Assembly: GCA_963812135.1 (NCBI GenBank) | Contig: CAWETU010000001.1 | Coordinates: 1,120,001 to 1,184,000 of the forward strand | Reading direction: 5' to 3' | DNA from: Vulcanimicrobiota bacterium | GTDB lineage: Bacteria; Vulcanimicrobiota; Vulcanimicrobiia; Eremiobacterales; Eremiobacteraceae | Length of the DNA stretch: 64,000 bases | Part shown: positions 39,308 to 48,493 of the stretch, in pieces | Layout: each line of letters starts with the position of its first letter | Numbering within the stretch: the first letter of the stretch is position 1 | Made by a program: the position numbers and the translations under genes | The notes under the pieces: model-generated | Databases searched by the model: none | What the model saw: only the letters and a program-made list of their open reading frames with translations | What the model was told of the DNA's origin: nothing

Positions 39308-40726
39308 GTGACGAATTCGTACTCCTCCCCGTTTTCTTGGCGATACGGTCGTCCCGCTATGCGCGCGCTCTTCTCGGAAGAGACCAAACGGCGCATGTGG
39401 CGGCGGATGTGGCTCGCGCTCGCCCAAGCCCAGGGCAGGGCGGGGTTGGTCAGCAACGAGGAGATCGCCGACCTGCGCCGGTTCGTCGATGCGGTCGATT
39501 TGGCCGCCGCGCACGAGCTCGAAAAAGACATCCATCACGACCTGATGGCCGAGCTGCGCGTGTACGCAAGCCAGGCGAAGCTCGGAGGCGGCAAGCTCCA
39601 TTTGGGCGCGACGTCGATGGACATCGAAGACAACGTCGAGACCGCGCGCATGAAAGTGGCGCTCTCGATGCTCGACGATTCGCTGCGCTCCTTGCTCGAC
39701 GCGTTCGCGGGCCAGATCGACAAGTACGCCGACCTGGCGTGCATGGCATACACGCACCTGCAAGCGGCCGAACCCACGACGCTCGGCTATCGCATGAGCC
39801 TGTGGGCGCACGATTTTTATCTCGACTACGAAAATCTCAAGTGCCTGGCGGCGTGGCTGCCGAGCAAAGGCTTGCGCGGCGCGGTCGGCACCTCCGCGTC
39901 GTATGCGGCGTTGCTCGACGGGACCGGCGTTTCTACCGAGGATGTCGAGCGCGAAGTCTTGTCCTCGTTCGGTCTGACGGCCGCGATGATCACGGGCCAG
40001 ACATATTCGCGGCGACTCGACTACATCGTCGTCTCGGCGGTCGCAGCGCTGGCGGCGACGGCGAGCAAGTTCGCGTTCGACATCCGCATCCTCGCGAGCA
40101 GCGGGTTCGGCGAGCTGGGCGAACCATTCGGCGAAAAGCAGGTCGGCTCGTCTGCCATGCCCTTCAAGCGCAACCCCATCATGAGCGAGCGCATCTGCTC
40201 GCTCGCGCGCCTCGTCAGCGCAAACGCCGGCGTCATGTGGCAAAACGCCGCCGACAATCTGCTGGAGCGAACGCTTGACGACTCCGCGAACCGGCGCTCG
40301 GTCATCGCCGAGACCTTTTTGGCTGCCGACGAGCTCATCGCCCTGGCGAACAAGATCGTGAGCGGATTGCGCGTTGACGAGCAGCGCATCGAGGGGAACC
40401 TGCGGCGCTTCGGGCCGTTCGCAGCGACTGAGGCGGTCCTGATGGCCGCCGCGCGGCGCGGCGGGGATCGCCAGGCGCTGCACGAGCGATTGCGAGAAGT
40501 GTCGATGCGCGCGTGGGAAGCGCTCGAGACCGATGAGAAAAACCCATTGCCGGACCTCATCGCCGCGGACCCGGCGTTCGCGGAGTACATCGAGCCGGCC
40601 GAGCTTCGAGCGCTGATGGACCCGAAGGCCCATACGGGGCTGGCCGCCGAGCGGGCGAAGCTCTTCGCAGCAAAAGTGCGCGCGCTCGAAACACCGGCGC
40701 CGCTGACATTGGAGTCGATATTGTGA
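39308..40726 (+). CDS. purB: Adenylosuccinate lyase
   Basis: Y.SP...RY, HD.MA, HLGATS, THLQ.A.PTT.G, GSSAMPFKRNP, LERTLDDSA; start inferred. Confidence 0.94.
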   Translation: MTNSYSSPFSWRYGRPAMRALFSEETKRRMWRRMWLALAQAQGRAGLVSNEEIADLRRFVDAVDLAAAHELEKDIHHDLMAELRVYASQAKLGGGKLHLGATSMDIEDNVETARMKVALSMLDDSLRSLLDAFAGQIDKYADLACMAYTHLQAAEPTTLGYRMSLWAHDFYLDYENLKCLAAWLPSKGLRGAVGTSASYAALLDGTGVSTEDVEREVLSSFGLTAAMITGQTYSRRLDYIVVSAVAALAATASKFAFDIRILASSGFGELGEPFGEKQVGSSAMPFKRNPIMSERICSLARLVSANAGVMWQNAADNLLERTLDDSANRRSVIAETFLAADELIALANKIVSGLRVDEQRIEGNLRRFGPFAATEAVLMAAARRGGDRQALHERLREVSMRAWEALETDEKNPLPDLIAADPAFAEYIEPAELRALMDPKAHTGLAAERAKLFAAKVRALETPAPLTLESIL

Positions 40727-42000
40727 TGAAAAAAGGATCGGAAGTCGCGCGCGGCAAGACCAAAGTGCTCTACCAGCATCCGGATCAACCGGACGCGGTG
40801 ATCGTCTCGTCACAAGACAGCATCACCGCCGGCGACGGCGCGAAGCGCAATACCATCGAGGGCAAAGGGCGCCTCGCCGCGCTGACCACGGCGCGCATCT
40901 ACCGGCTGCTCAATGCGTGCGGTTTGCCGACCCACTATCTCAGCGGCGGCGAAGACGAAGACGGCAACGAGATGATCGTGCGCCGCTGCGAGATGATCCC
41001 GATCGAAGTCGTCGTACGCGGGGTCGCCGCCGGTTCGTATCTCAAGCGCAACCCAGGCGTCAAAGAGGGCACGGTGTTCGCCCCACGTCTCGTCGAGTAT
41101 TTCTTCAAAGACGACGCGCGCCACGACCCGCAGTACACCGCAGAGCAGATCATCGTCGAGAACCTGGCGACGCCGGCCGAGCTCGTCGAGATGACCGACA
41201 TCGCGCGGCTCGTCTTCGAGATCCTCGGTCATGCGTGGAAACTGCAGACGGTGCTGCTCATCGACCTCAAGGTCGAGTTCGGACGCTGCAAAGCGGCCGA
41301 CGGCACCACGCAGATCCTGCTCGCCGACGTCATCGACAATGACTCGTGGCGCATCTGGCCGGGCGGCGACAAAGAGCGCATGCTCGACAAACAGATCTAC
41401 CGCAATATGGCGACGCCCAAAGACAGCGAGCTGAGCCTCGTCAAGGAGAAGTACGAAGAGGTCGCCGAGCGGGTCGCGCAATTCCAGAAGAGCATCGGCG
41501 GATTCGTCGCCATCATCATGGGCTCGTCGGCGGACGCGGCGCATGCCGAGCGCATCGGCAAAGCGCTTTCCGCGTTCGGCATTCCGAGCACCAAGCACGT
41601 GGCGTCGGCGCACAAGACGCCACTGTACGCCCTGGCCCGCGTCCAGCAGACGGACAGCGCCATGGGTCACGTCGTCTATATCACGATCGCGGGGCGCAGC
41701 AACGCGCTGTCGGCGTTCGTCGACGCGGCGACGCCGAACCCGGTGATCGCGTGCCCGGTCATCGGCTCGAACTGGGCGGGAATGGAAGTGCTCTCCAGCC
41801 TGCAACTGCCCTCGGGTGTGGCGAGCGTCGTGGTGCTCGAGCCTGAGAACGCCGCGCTGGCGGCGGCCAAGATCCTTGGCGTGGACGATACGGTTCTGTA
41901 CGGCAGGGTGCTTGTGTCGCAGTACCGCAGCCGGCGTAACGTCATCGATTCGGACGCGCGGCTGAGCGCGCCGCCCGGCAACGGCAAAGCGGGCGCGTGA
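40723..42000 (+). CDS. purC: Bifunctional SAICAR synthetase / AIR carboxylase (PurC::PurE, PAICS-like)
   Basis: GKTK, TAGDG, IPIEVVVR...GSY.KR, D.KVEFG, DVIDNDSWR.W, DKQ; C-terminal IIMGS.AD, SAHKT, AGRSNAL, PVIACP. Confidence 0.92.
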   Translation: MMKKGSEVARGKTKVLYQHPDQPDAVIVSSQDSITAGDGAKRNTIEGKGRLAALTTARIYRLLNACGLPTHYLSGGEDEDGNEMIVRRCEMIPIEVVVRGVAAGSYLKRNPGVKEGTVFAPRLVEYFFKDDARHDPQYTAEQIIVENLATPAELVEMTDIARLVFEILGHAWKLQTVLLIDLKVEFGRCKAADGTTQILLADVIDNDSWRIWPGGDKERMLDKQIYRNMATPKDSELSLVKEKYEEVAERVAQFQKSIGGFVAIIMGSSADAAHAERIGKALSAFGIPSTKHVASAHKTPLYALARVQQTDSAMGHVVYITIAGRSNALSAFVDAATPNPVIACPVIGSNWAGMEVLSSLQLPSGVASVVVLEPENAALAAAKILGVDDTVLYGRVLVSQYRSRRNVIDSDARLSAPPGNGKAGA

Positions 42001-44400
42001 CGGAAGGCGTTTCGTACTCGGCTGAAAAGCTCGCCGTCAGCGGCGCAGGAGACGACCAATTGCAGCGCCTCGCCCGCAGCGAGGCGCTTGCGCTTTCTGC
42101 CTCGGAACTCCGCGACATCGCGCAGCGCATCGGCCGCGATCCGACGCGCGCCGAGGCGCACGCATTTGCGATCCAGTGGAGCGAGCACTGCTCGTACAAG
42201 AGCAGCCGTCCTTTGTTGAAGCGGCTCCCCACGCGCAGCGCCGACGTGCTCGTCGGCGTCGGTGAGGACGCCGGCATCTTGCGCGCGGGCACTGTCGACG
42301 GCGTCGAGTATGGCGTCGTGGTCGCACACGAAAGCCACAACCATCCCTCCCAGGTCGTGCCGTTCGAGGGCGCGGCGACGGGCGTCGGCGGCATTCTGCG
42401 CGACGTGCTGTGCATGGGCGCGGAGGTCGTGGCCAGCGCGGATCCGCTGCGCTTCGGGCCGATCGCGGCGGGTTCGCATGCGGCGTATGTCGCGGCCGCG
42501 GCGGTCGATGGGATTTCTGCGTACGGCAATGCGGTCGGCGTGCCGAACATCGCCGGCGACGTCTACTTCCACGAGTCGTTCGCCGAGAATTGCCTGGTCA
42601 ACGTCGTCGCGGTCGGCACCGTGCGGGCCGATCGCATCATCCACAGCCGCGTGCCGCCCGACGGCGCCGGCTACGATCTCGTACTGGTGGGCAAGGCGAC
42701 TGATGCATCGGGCTTCGGAGGTGCCGCGTTCGCATCGCTCGTACTTGACGCGTCGCTCGCACAGGCGAACAAGAGCGCCGTGCAAGTGCCCGACCCCTTT
42801 CTCAAGAGCGTGATCATGCGCGCGAGCTATGCGGTTTTCGAAGAGGTACGTGCGCGCGGACTCCAGGTCGGCTACAAGGATCTGGGCGCAGGCGGCATCA
42901 TGGGCAGCTCGTGTGAGATTAGCGCCGCGGGTGGTTTCGGTGCCCAGATCGACATCGACGCGGTGCCGCAAGCAATCGCCGGCTTGCCGCCATTCGTGCT
43001 CGCGTGTGCCGAGACCCAAGAGCGCATGCTCTGGGCCGTGCCCCCGACGTTCACGCCGACGCTGTTGAAGATCTACAACGAACAGTTCACGTTGCCGGAA
43101 GTGTCTTCGAACGCTCGCGCCGCGGTGATCGGCAAAGTCACCGCTGAGAAGCGGTATGTCGTCCGCTCGGCCGGCGAGGCCGTCATCGACGTGCCGATCG
43201 ACGTGTTGGCCGGTCCGATCGTTGTGCAACGCACTGCGGCGCCTGAAAGTAGCGGCCGAGTTTACGCGGCTGGTTCCAGTGAAGGTAGCGGTCGAATTCA
43301 TTCGACCGGTCGAGCAAGCTCGACCGGTACGACCCTCTTGGAGGTGCTCGCTCATCCCGACGTCTGCAGCCGGCGGCCGCTCATCGAGCATTACGACCGC
43401 TTCGTGCGCGGGGCGACCGTCATCCCATCCGGTTACGCCGACGCCGGCGTCTTCATCATCAAGCGCGGCGCGCGCGCCGGCATCGCGCTTTCGGTCGATG
43501 GCAATCCACGCTATGGCGCGCTCTCAGCCAGACTCGCCGCCGCGCACGCCGTGGTCGAGTCAGCTCGCAACGTCGCTGCCGTCGGGGCGCAACCGATCGG
43601 CCTCACCGATTGCCTCAACTACGGGAATCCCGAAGATCCCGTGGCGTACCGCCAGCTCGTCGACGGCATCGAAGGACTTGCAGAAGCCGCCAACGCGCTG
43701 CAGCTCAACGAGGCCGGCGAGCCGCTACCATTTGTGAGCGGCAACGTCAGCTTATACAACGAGTCGGCGGCGGGCGCATCCATCGCACCGTCGGCGATTG
43801 TCGCATGCGTCGGGCGCGTGGACGACATCGGTAAGGTCGTGACCATGAAGCTGACAGGCGCCGGTAAGCACTTGTTCCTGTTCGGGCGGCGCACGCCGAA
43901 TCTAGCAGGCTCAATCCTCGAAGCGCTGGGGCGCGCGACATCGGGCGCGGACGAGTTGCCGCCGCTCGACTATGCTGAAGCAAACGCATCGATCCGGGCG
44001 GTCGTCACCGGCATCCGGCGCGGCGCCATTAGTGCAGCGCACGATATCTCGGACGGCGGTCTGCTCGCGTGCGTCGCGGAGATGTGCCTGGGCGGCGACG
44101 CCGATGGGACGATCGGCGCGCATATCGATGATCCGGGCGAATGGGCGCCCGGCTTGCCGCCTGATGCGGCGCTCTTCGGCGAGACGCCAGGGTTTGTGGT
44201 CGAGGTCGCCGCTCGATCAGCTAGCGGCATTCCACGAGATATGCAAGAGCGTTGGTGCGGACGCGATGCTCATCGGCGCGATCGGCGGCGCTCGCATCAT
44301 CGTCGAGGGGGCCGAATGCGACGTCGCGCTCAGCGACGCGGCAAACGCCTGGAGCGCGACGCTTGAGGGAGCTCTATGCCTGACCCAAAAGTCGCTGTGA
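41997..44400 (+). CDS. purL: FGAM synthase large subunit; single-base insertion near 44209 (probable error)
   Basis: WSEHCSYKSS, ESHNHPS, GAATGVGG, DLGAGG, ETQERM, TDCLNYGNP, SGNVSLYN, HDISDGG, LFGE; natural C-terminus continues in +1 frame. Confidence 0.93.
43249..43330. repeat. Cluster of three GTAG-type REP-like palindromes inside purL (one decayed copy plus an inverted doublet)
   Basis: 43249-43272 GTAGCGGCCGAGTTTACGCGGCTG; 43285-43308 GTAGCGGTCGAATTCATTCGACCG; 43307-43330 reverse complement GTACCGGTCGAGCTTGCTCGACCG. Confidence 0.82.
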
Positions 44401-45116
44401 TCGTGTTCCCGGGCACCAACTCGGAAGTGGAGACGGTCGATGCGTGCCGCGACGCGGGCATGGACGCCCGCTTGTTCTGGTGGTCCGAAGACCCCGAGAC
44501 GCTACGGGATTTCGATGCGTACGTCATCGCAGGCGGCTTCGCGCACGAGGACCGCGTGCGCGCTGGGGCCATCGCCGCGAAGAGCCCGATCGTCGCCGTT
44601 ATAAAGGAAGAAGCTGAGAAGGGCAAGCTCGTGCTGGGGCTGTGCAACGGCGCACAGGTGCTGGCCGAGGCGGGCATGCTCGGCGAAGTCGCGCTAGCCC
44701 ACAATCTGCCGGCGCATCATTTTCAGGGGCTCATGGTTGACGTGGTCGTCGACCGGGAGCCGCAGCGCTGCGCGTTCACGCAAGCCATGGCTCCTGGCAC
44801 ATCCATGACGATGGCGCTTGCGCACGGCGAGGGCCGCTTCACCGGCGCGCCCGAGGTCTTCGAAGATCTCGAAGAACATAGCCGCATCGTCCTGCGCTAC
44901 GCCAGCCGCTCGCCCAATGGCGCCGAGCATAGCGCTGCGGGCATCTGCAATGAACGAGGCAACGTGCTCGCGCTCATGCCGCACCCGGAACGTGCGGCGT
45001 GGAACCTCAACGTCGCGTACGCGAAGCCCGAGCTGCGAGCGGGCGATCCAAATACACCCGCCGGCGCGCACGCGATCTTCGCGAGCATGGCGGAGGCGCT
45101 GCGCGAATCCCTATGA
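44376..45116 (+). CDS. purQ: FGAM synthase glutaminase subunit
   Basis: FPGTN, GGF..ED..RAG, GLCNG.Q, AHGEG, SPNG, MPHPER. Confidence 0.95.
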   Translation: MPDPKVAVIVFPGTNSEVETVDACRDAGMDARLFWWSEDPETLRDFDAYVIAGGFAHEDRVRAGAIAAKSPIVAVIKEEAEKGKLVLGLCNGAQVLAEAGMLGEVALAHNLPAHHFQGLMVDVVVDREPQRCAFTQAMAPGTSMTMALAHGEGRFTGAPEVFEDLEEHSRIVLRYASRSPNGAEHSAAGICNERGNVLALMPHPERAAWNLNVAYAKPELRAGDPNTPAGAHAIFASMAEALRESL

Positions 45117-45685
45117 AGACCACGGCGCCGGTTTGGTATACAATCGGCGCGCTGGTGATCATCGTCGGCATGACGGCCAGCGTTATCGGCGTCATCAATG
45201 ACTTCCGCACGCTTGAGACAGCATTTGTCAGATTTGTCGCGCCAGGTCAGAGCACGCTCGACCTCACCAAGCCCGGTCTGCACGAGATCTATTACGAGTA
45301 TCGCAGCGTCGTGAACGGCGAGATATTCGACACGGCGGAGACAACCGACATCAAATGCACGATCAAAGGTCGCGACGGCCGCTTGCTGGAGATCTCGTCA
45401 GCGGGCCTGACCGCCGAATACGATTTCGGCGGCCACGCGGGTAAAGCAGTGGCGCAGTTCTCGGTGCCGGCGCCGGGTTCGTACGTGATCGATTGCCGCC
45501 ATCCCGACGGGAAGGGCGAACGCATCGCGCTTGCGATCGCTCCACTCGTCGCAGCAGATTTCTTCATCTCGCTGCTCAAATGGCTTGCGGTTGCGTTCGC
45601 CAGCATCGGCATCGGCTTGGTCATCCTCATCGTGACCCTGGTGCGACGCGCAGTCCCAACGCGCCCGGTCCCGCCGCTGGCATGA
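45113..45685 (+). CDS. Hypothetical membrane protein (2 TM flanking a beta-rich extracytoplasmic domain)
   Basis: Hydrophobic N- and C-terminal helices; ATGA-coupled on both sides. Confidence 0.65.
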   Translation: MKTTAPVWYTIGALVIIVGMTASVIGVINDFRTLETAFVRFVAPGQSTLDLTKPGLHEIYYEYRSVVNGEIFDTAETTDIKCTIKGRDGRLLEISSAGLTAEYDFGGHAGKAVAQFSVPAPGSYVIDCRHPDGKGERIALAIAPLVAADFFISLLKWLAVAFASIGIGLVILIVTLVRRAVPTRPVPPLA

Positions 45686-46209
45686 TCGAGTTGGAGATCG
45701 CGATCGATCTGATCGTGCCGGACAATACGGCATACACCGTGTTGGTCGCGCTCCGCCAGCTCGGCTACAAGGAACTCGAGCGCGTCGAGCGGTCGGAGAT
45801 CGTGGTGCTGGGGCTTGACGCCGCTCCGAGCGACGTCGAGCGCATCGTGGCGCGCATCGCCCATGCGGAGATACTCTTCAATCCCAACAAGCACCGCATG
45901 AGCTACGTCCTTGCCGCAAGCCGATCGGACGAAGGCAAAGCGGACGGCGCGCAGTGGGAAGCGCTCGTCACCGATCGGGACGATAACACGTCCGCCCTGG
46001 TGAAGCTGCTGGCCGGCCCGTTCGGTTTGCGCGAATTGCGGTCGCTGTCGCGTGGCGTCGCGTGGCGGCTCTACGAAAAAGGTGGCGATGCGCCGCGCGA
46101 GCGCGTCGAATGGGCGTGCCGCGAACTGCTGGCCAATCCATACTCGCAACGTTTTCGCGTGCGACCAAACATCGCGCGAACGGCGGCGGGAATCGGCGCA
46201 GTGGAGTAG
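45682..46209 (+). CDS. purS: Tandem (two-domain) PurS-like protein
   Basis: Two units of about 80 aa ending LFNP..H and C..LLANP..Q; D....V..AL..LG...V.R pattern; purL/purQ context. Confidence 0.68.
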   Translation: MIELEIAIDLIVPDNTAYTVLVALRQLGYKELERVERSEIVVLGLDAAPSDVERIVARIAHAEILFNPNKHRMSYVLAASRSDEGKADGAQWEALVTDRDDNTSALVKLLAGPFGLRELRSLSRGVAWRLYEKGGDAPRERVEWACRELLANPYSQRFRVRPNIARTAAGIGAVE

Positions 46210-46226
46210 AAGTAGAACAGGCAAGA

Positions 46227-47342
46227 ATGGCACGCAAATCGTCCGCGCAACTCCCCGAGCTGTACACCATCGCCACGCTCGGCAGCCACTCCGCGCTGCA
46301 GATCCTCAAGGGAGCCAAGGACGAAGGCTTCCATACGCTCGCAGTCACCACGCCCCAGAACGAAAGTCTCTACGCGAGCTTCGGCTTCGTCGACGAAGTC
46401 ATGGTGATCCCGCGGTATAGCGATTTTCCCAAAGTCGAAAAAGAGCTCAACAAACGCAAGATCGTGCTCGTGCCGCACGGCTCGTTCGTGGCGTATCTGT
46501 CCCTCGAAGAGCACAAGGCCATGACGACGCCGTACTTCGGCAACAAGGCCGTGCTCGACGTTGAAGCCGATCGCATGCGCCAACGCGAGTGGCTGCTCGC
46601 AGCGGGCCTCAAGATGCCGCGCCAATTCACCAAGGCGAGCGACATCGACCGCCCCGTAATCGTCAAGTTGTACGGCGCGCAAGGCGGCAAGGGATATCTG
46701 TTCGTCAAGAATGCCGAAGATTTCCATAAACGCGCGGCGCATCTCGTCGAGCAGAAGCACATCATGCAGGAGTACGTCATCGGCGTGCCCGTGTACATCC
46801 ATTACTTCTACTCGCCGCTCACCGGCAAGCTCGAGATTATGTCGATGGATCGGCGCTACGAGAGCAACGTCGATTCGCTCGGTCGCATTCCGTCCGCGAG
46901 TCAAGAGGGCTGGGATATCCAGCCGAGTTACGTCGTCATCGGCAACCAGCCGATCAGTCTGCGCGAATCGCTGCTCGCCGAAGCGTTCCACATGGGCGAA
47001 GCGGTCGTGCGCGTGAGCCGCGAGCTGTGCCCGGAGCGCGGTTTGTTCGGCGCGTTTTGCCTCGAGACGATCGTCACGCCCGAAGCTGAGTTCTTCTTGA
47101 TGGAGATTTCCGCGCGCATCGTTGCCGGCACAAATCTGTTCATCGACGGTTCGCCGTATTCGTATCTGAACTACACCGAGCCGATGTCGACCGGTCGGCG
47201 CATCGCGCGCGAGATCAAAAACGCACTGTTGTCGAACAGCTTGTCGCTCGTGCTCGATCAGTCGAGCAGGCTGCGAGTCGAGGAAGCCAATGGCATACCG
47301 CCGTTGGCGCGCATTCCGGGACCCGGAGTCCCGGCGAATTGA
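46227..47342 (+). CDS. purP: PurP-type formate-dependent FAICAR synthetase (ATP-grasp)
   Basis: IATLGSHSALQILKGAKDEGF, PHGSF..Y, GGKGY, DRRYESNVD, GN.P..LRESLL, EISARIVAGTN, GSPYS, MSTGRRIAREI. Confidence 0.9.
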   Translation: MARKSSAQLPELYTIATLGSHSALQILKGAKDEGFHTLAVTTPQNESLYASFGFVDEVMVIPRYSDFPKVEKELNKRKIVLVPHGSFVAYLSLEEHKAMTTPYFGNKAVLDVEADRMRQREWLLAAGLKMPRQFTKASDIDRPVIVKLYGAQGGKGYLFVKNAEDFHKRAAHLVEQKHIMQEYVIGVPVYIHYFYSPLTGKLEIMSMDRRYESNVDSLGRIPSASQEGWDIQPSYVVIGNQPISLRESLLAEAFHMGEAVVRVSRELCPERGLFGAFCLETIVTPEAEFFLMEISARIVAGTNLFIDGSPYSYLNYTEPMSTGRRIAREIKNALLSNSLSLVLDQSSRLRVEEANGIPPLARIPGPGVPAN

Positions 47343-48472
47343 CGGCGGGCGTCGACGACGTCCTCGCCGGTTACAACCACGACAATCTGACGCTCTGCTG
47401 CATCGGCAGCCATTCCGCGCTGGACGTGTGTTTGGGCGCGAAGCGCGAGCATCTGCGCAATCTCGTCGTCACCGTGAAGGGGCGCGAGCGGACGTACGCC
47501 GTTTATTACGCCTCACGCGCCGACGGCGCGGGTTGCGTCGACGAAACGTTAATGGTGGGCCATTTCGCGGATGTCGTCTTAGAGAGCGTACAGGCCGAGC
47601 TGCTGCGACGCAATTGCATCTTCGTCCCCAACCGTTCGTTCGAGGTGTACGCGCGCCAGCGTCATTCGTATGAGGAGATCGAGCGCGGCATGCGCGTGCC
47701 GTTTTTCGGATCTCGCTACCTGCTGCGCGCCGAGGAGCGCGACGAGCCCGACAACCAGTACCGGCTGCTCGAAGCGGCCGGTCTTCGCTTTCCGCGCCGT
47801 CTGAAGTCGCCGGACGAGATCGACGGCCTCACGCTGATCAAAGCGCCGCACGCCAAGGTGACGTTCGAGCGCGCGTTTTTTGTCGCGGCGTCACCCGAGC
47901 AATACAAACGCCGGTCTGAGACGCTGCTGCGTGCCGGCGTGATCAGCGAAGCCGGCCTTGCCGGCGCGGTTCTCGAGGAGTACGTCCTTGGGCCGACGGT
48001 CAACCTGAATTTCTTCTATTCGCCGATCCTCGACGAGCTCGAACTGCTCGGGACCGATACTCGCCGACAGACCAACATCGACGGCGCGCGTGCGTTGCTG
48101 GCCATCGAGCAGGCGTCGCTCGGCGGCGCGTTCATGCCTTCAATGGAAGAAGCTGGCCACATCGCTGCGACGCTTACCGAATCGATGCTCGAACAAGCCT
48201 TCGACATAGGCGAGCGCTTCGTGAAAGCCGCCCGTGCGGCGCGCGCTCCGGGTATCATCGGGCCCTTTGCGTTGCAATGCGTCGTGGCGGCCGGACCGCC
48301 CAAGTCGTTCGTTGTGTACGACGTCAGTTTACGTATCCCGGGATCGCCAGGCACGAAGTACACGCCGTACTCGGCGTATCGCTGGGGACGCGAGATCTCG
48401 GTGGGCGAGCGCATCGCAAAGGAAGTCGTCATGGCACGCGACGCAAAACGTCTCAAAGAGGTTCTCACCTGA
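47339..48472 (+). CDS. Second PurP-like ATP-grasp paralog
   Basis: IGSHSALDV..GAK.E, PNRSF.VY, FG.R.LLRAEER, ERAFF, D.RRQTNIDG, GH...T..ES.LE, GIIGPFALQ, DVS.RIPGSPG. Confidence 0.87.
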   Translation: MTAGVDDVLAGYNHDNLTLCCIGSHSALDVCLGAKREHLRNLVVTVKGRERTYAVYYASRADGAGCVDETLMVGHFADVVLESVQAELLRRNCIFVPNRSFEVYARQRHSYEEIERGMRVPFFGSRYLLRAEERDEPDNQYRLLEAAGLRFPRRLKSPDEIDGLTLIKAPHAKVTFERAFFVAASPEQYKRRSETLLRAGVISEAGLAGAVLEEYVLGPTVNLNFFYSPILDELELLGTDTRRQTNIDGARALLAIEQASLGGAFMPSMEEAGHIAATLTESMLEQAFDIGERFVKAARAARAPGIIGPFALQCVVAAGPPKSFVVYDVSLRIPGSPGTKYTPYSAYRWGREISVGERIAKEVVMARDAKRLKEVLT

Positions 48473-48493
48473 AATCAGGAATAATGTGATGCG

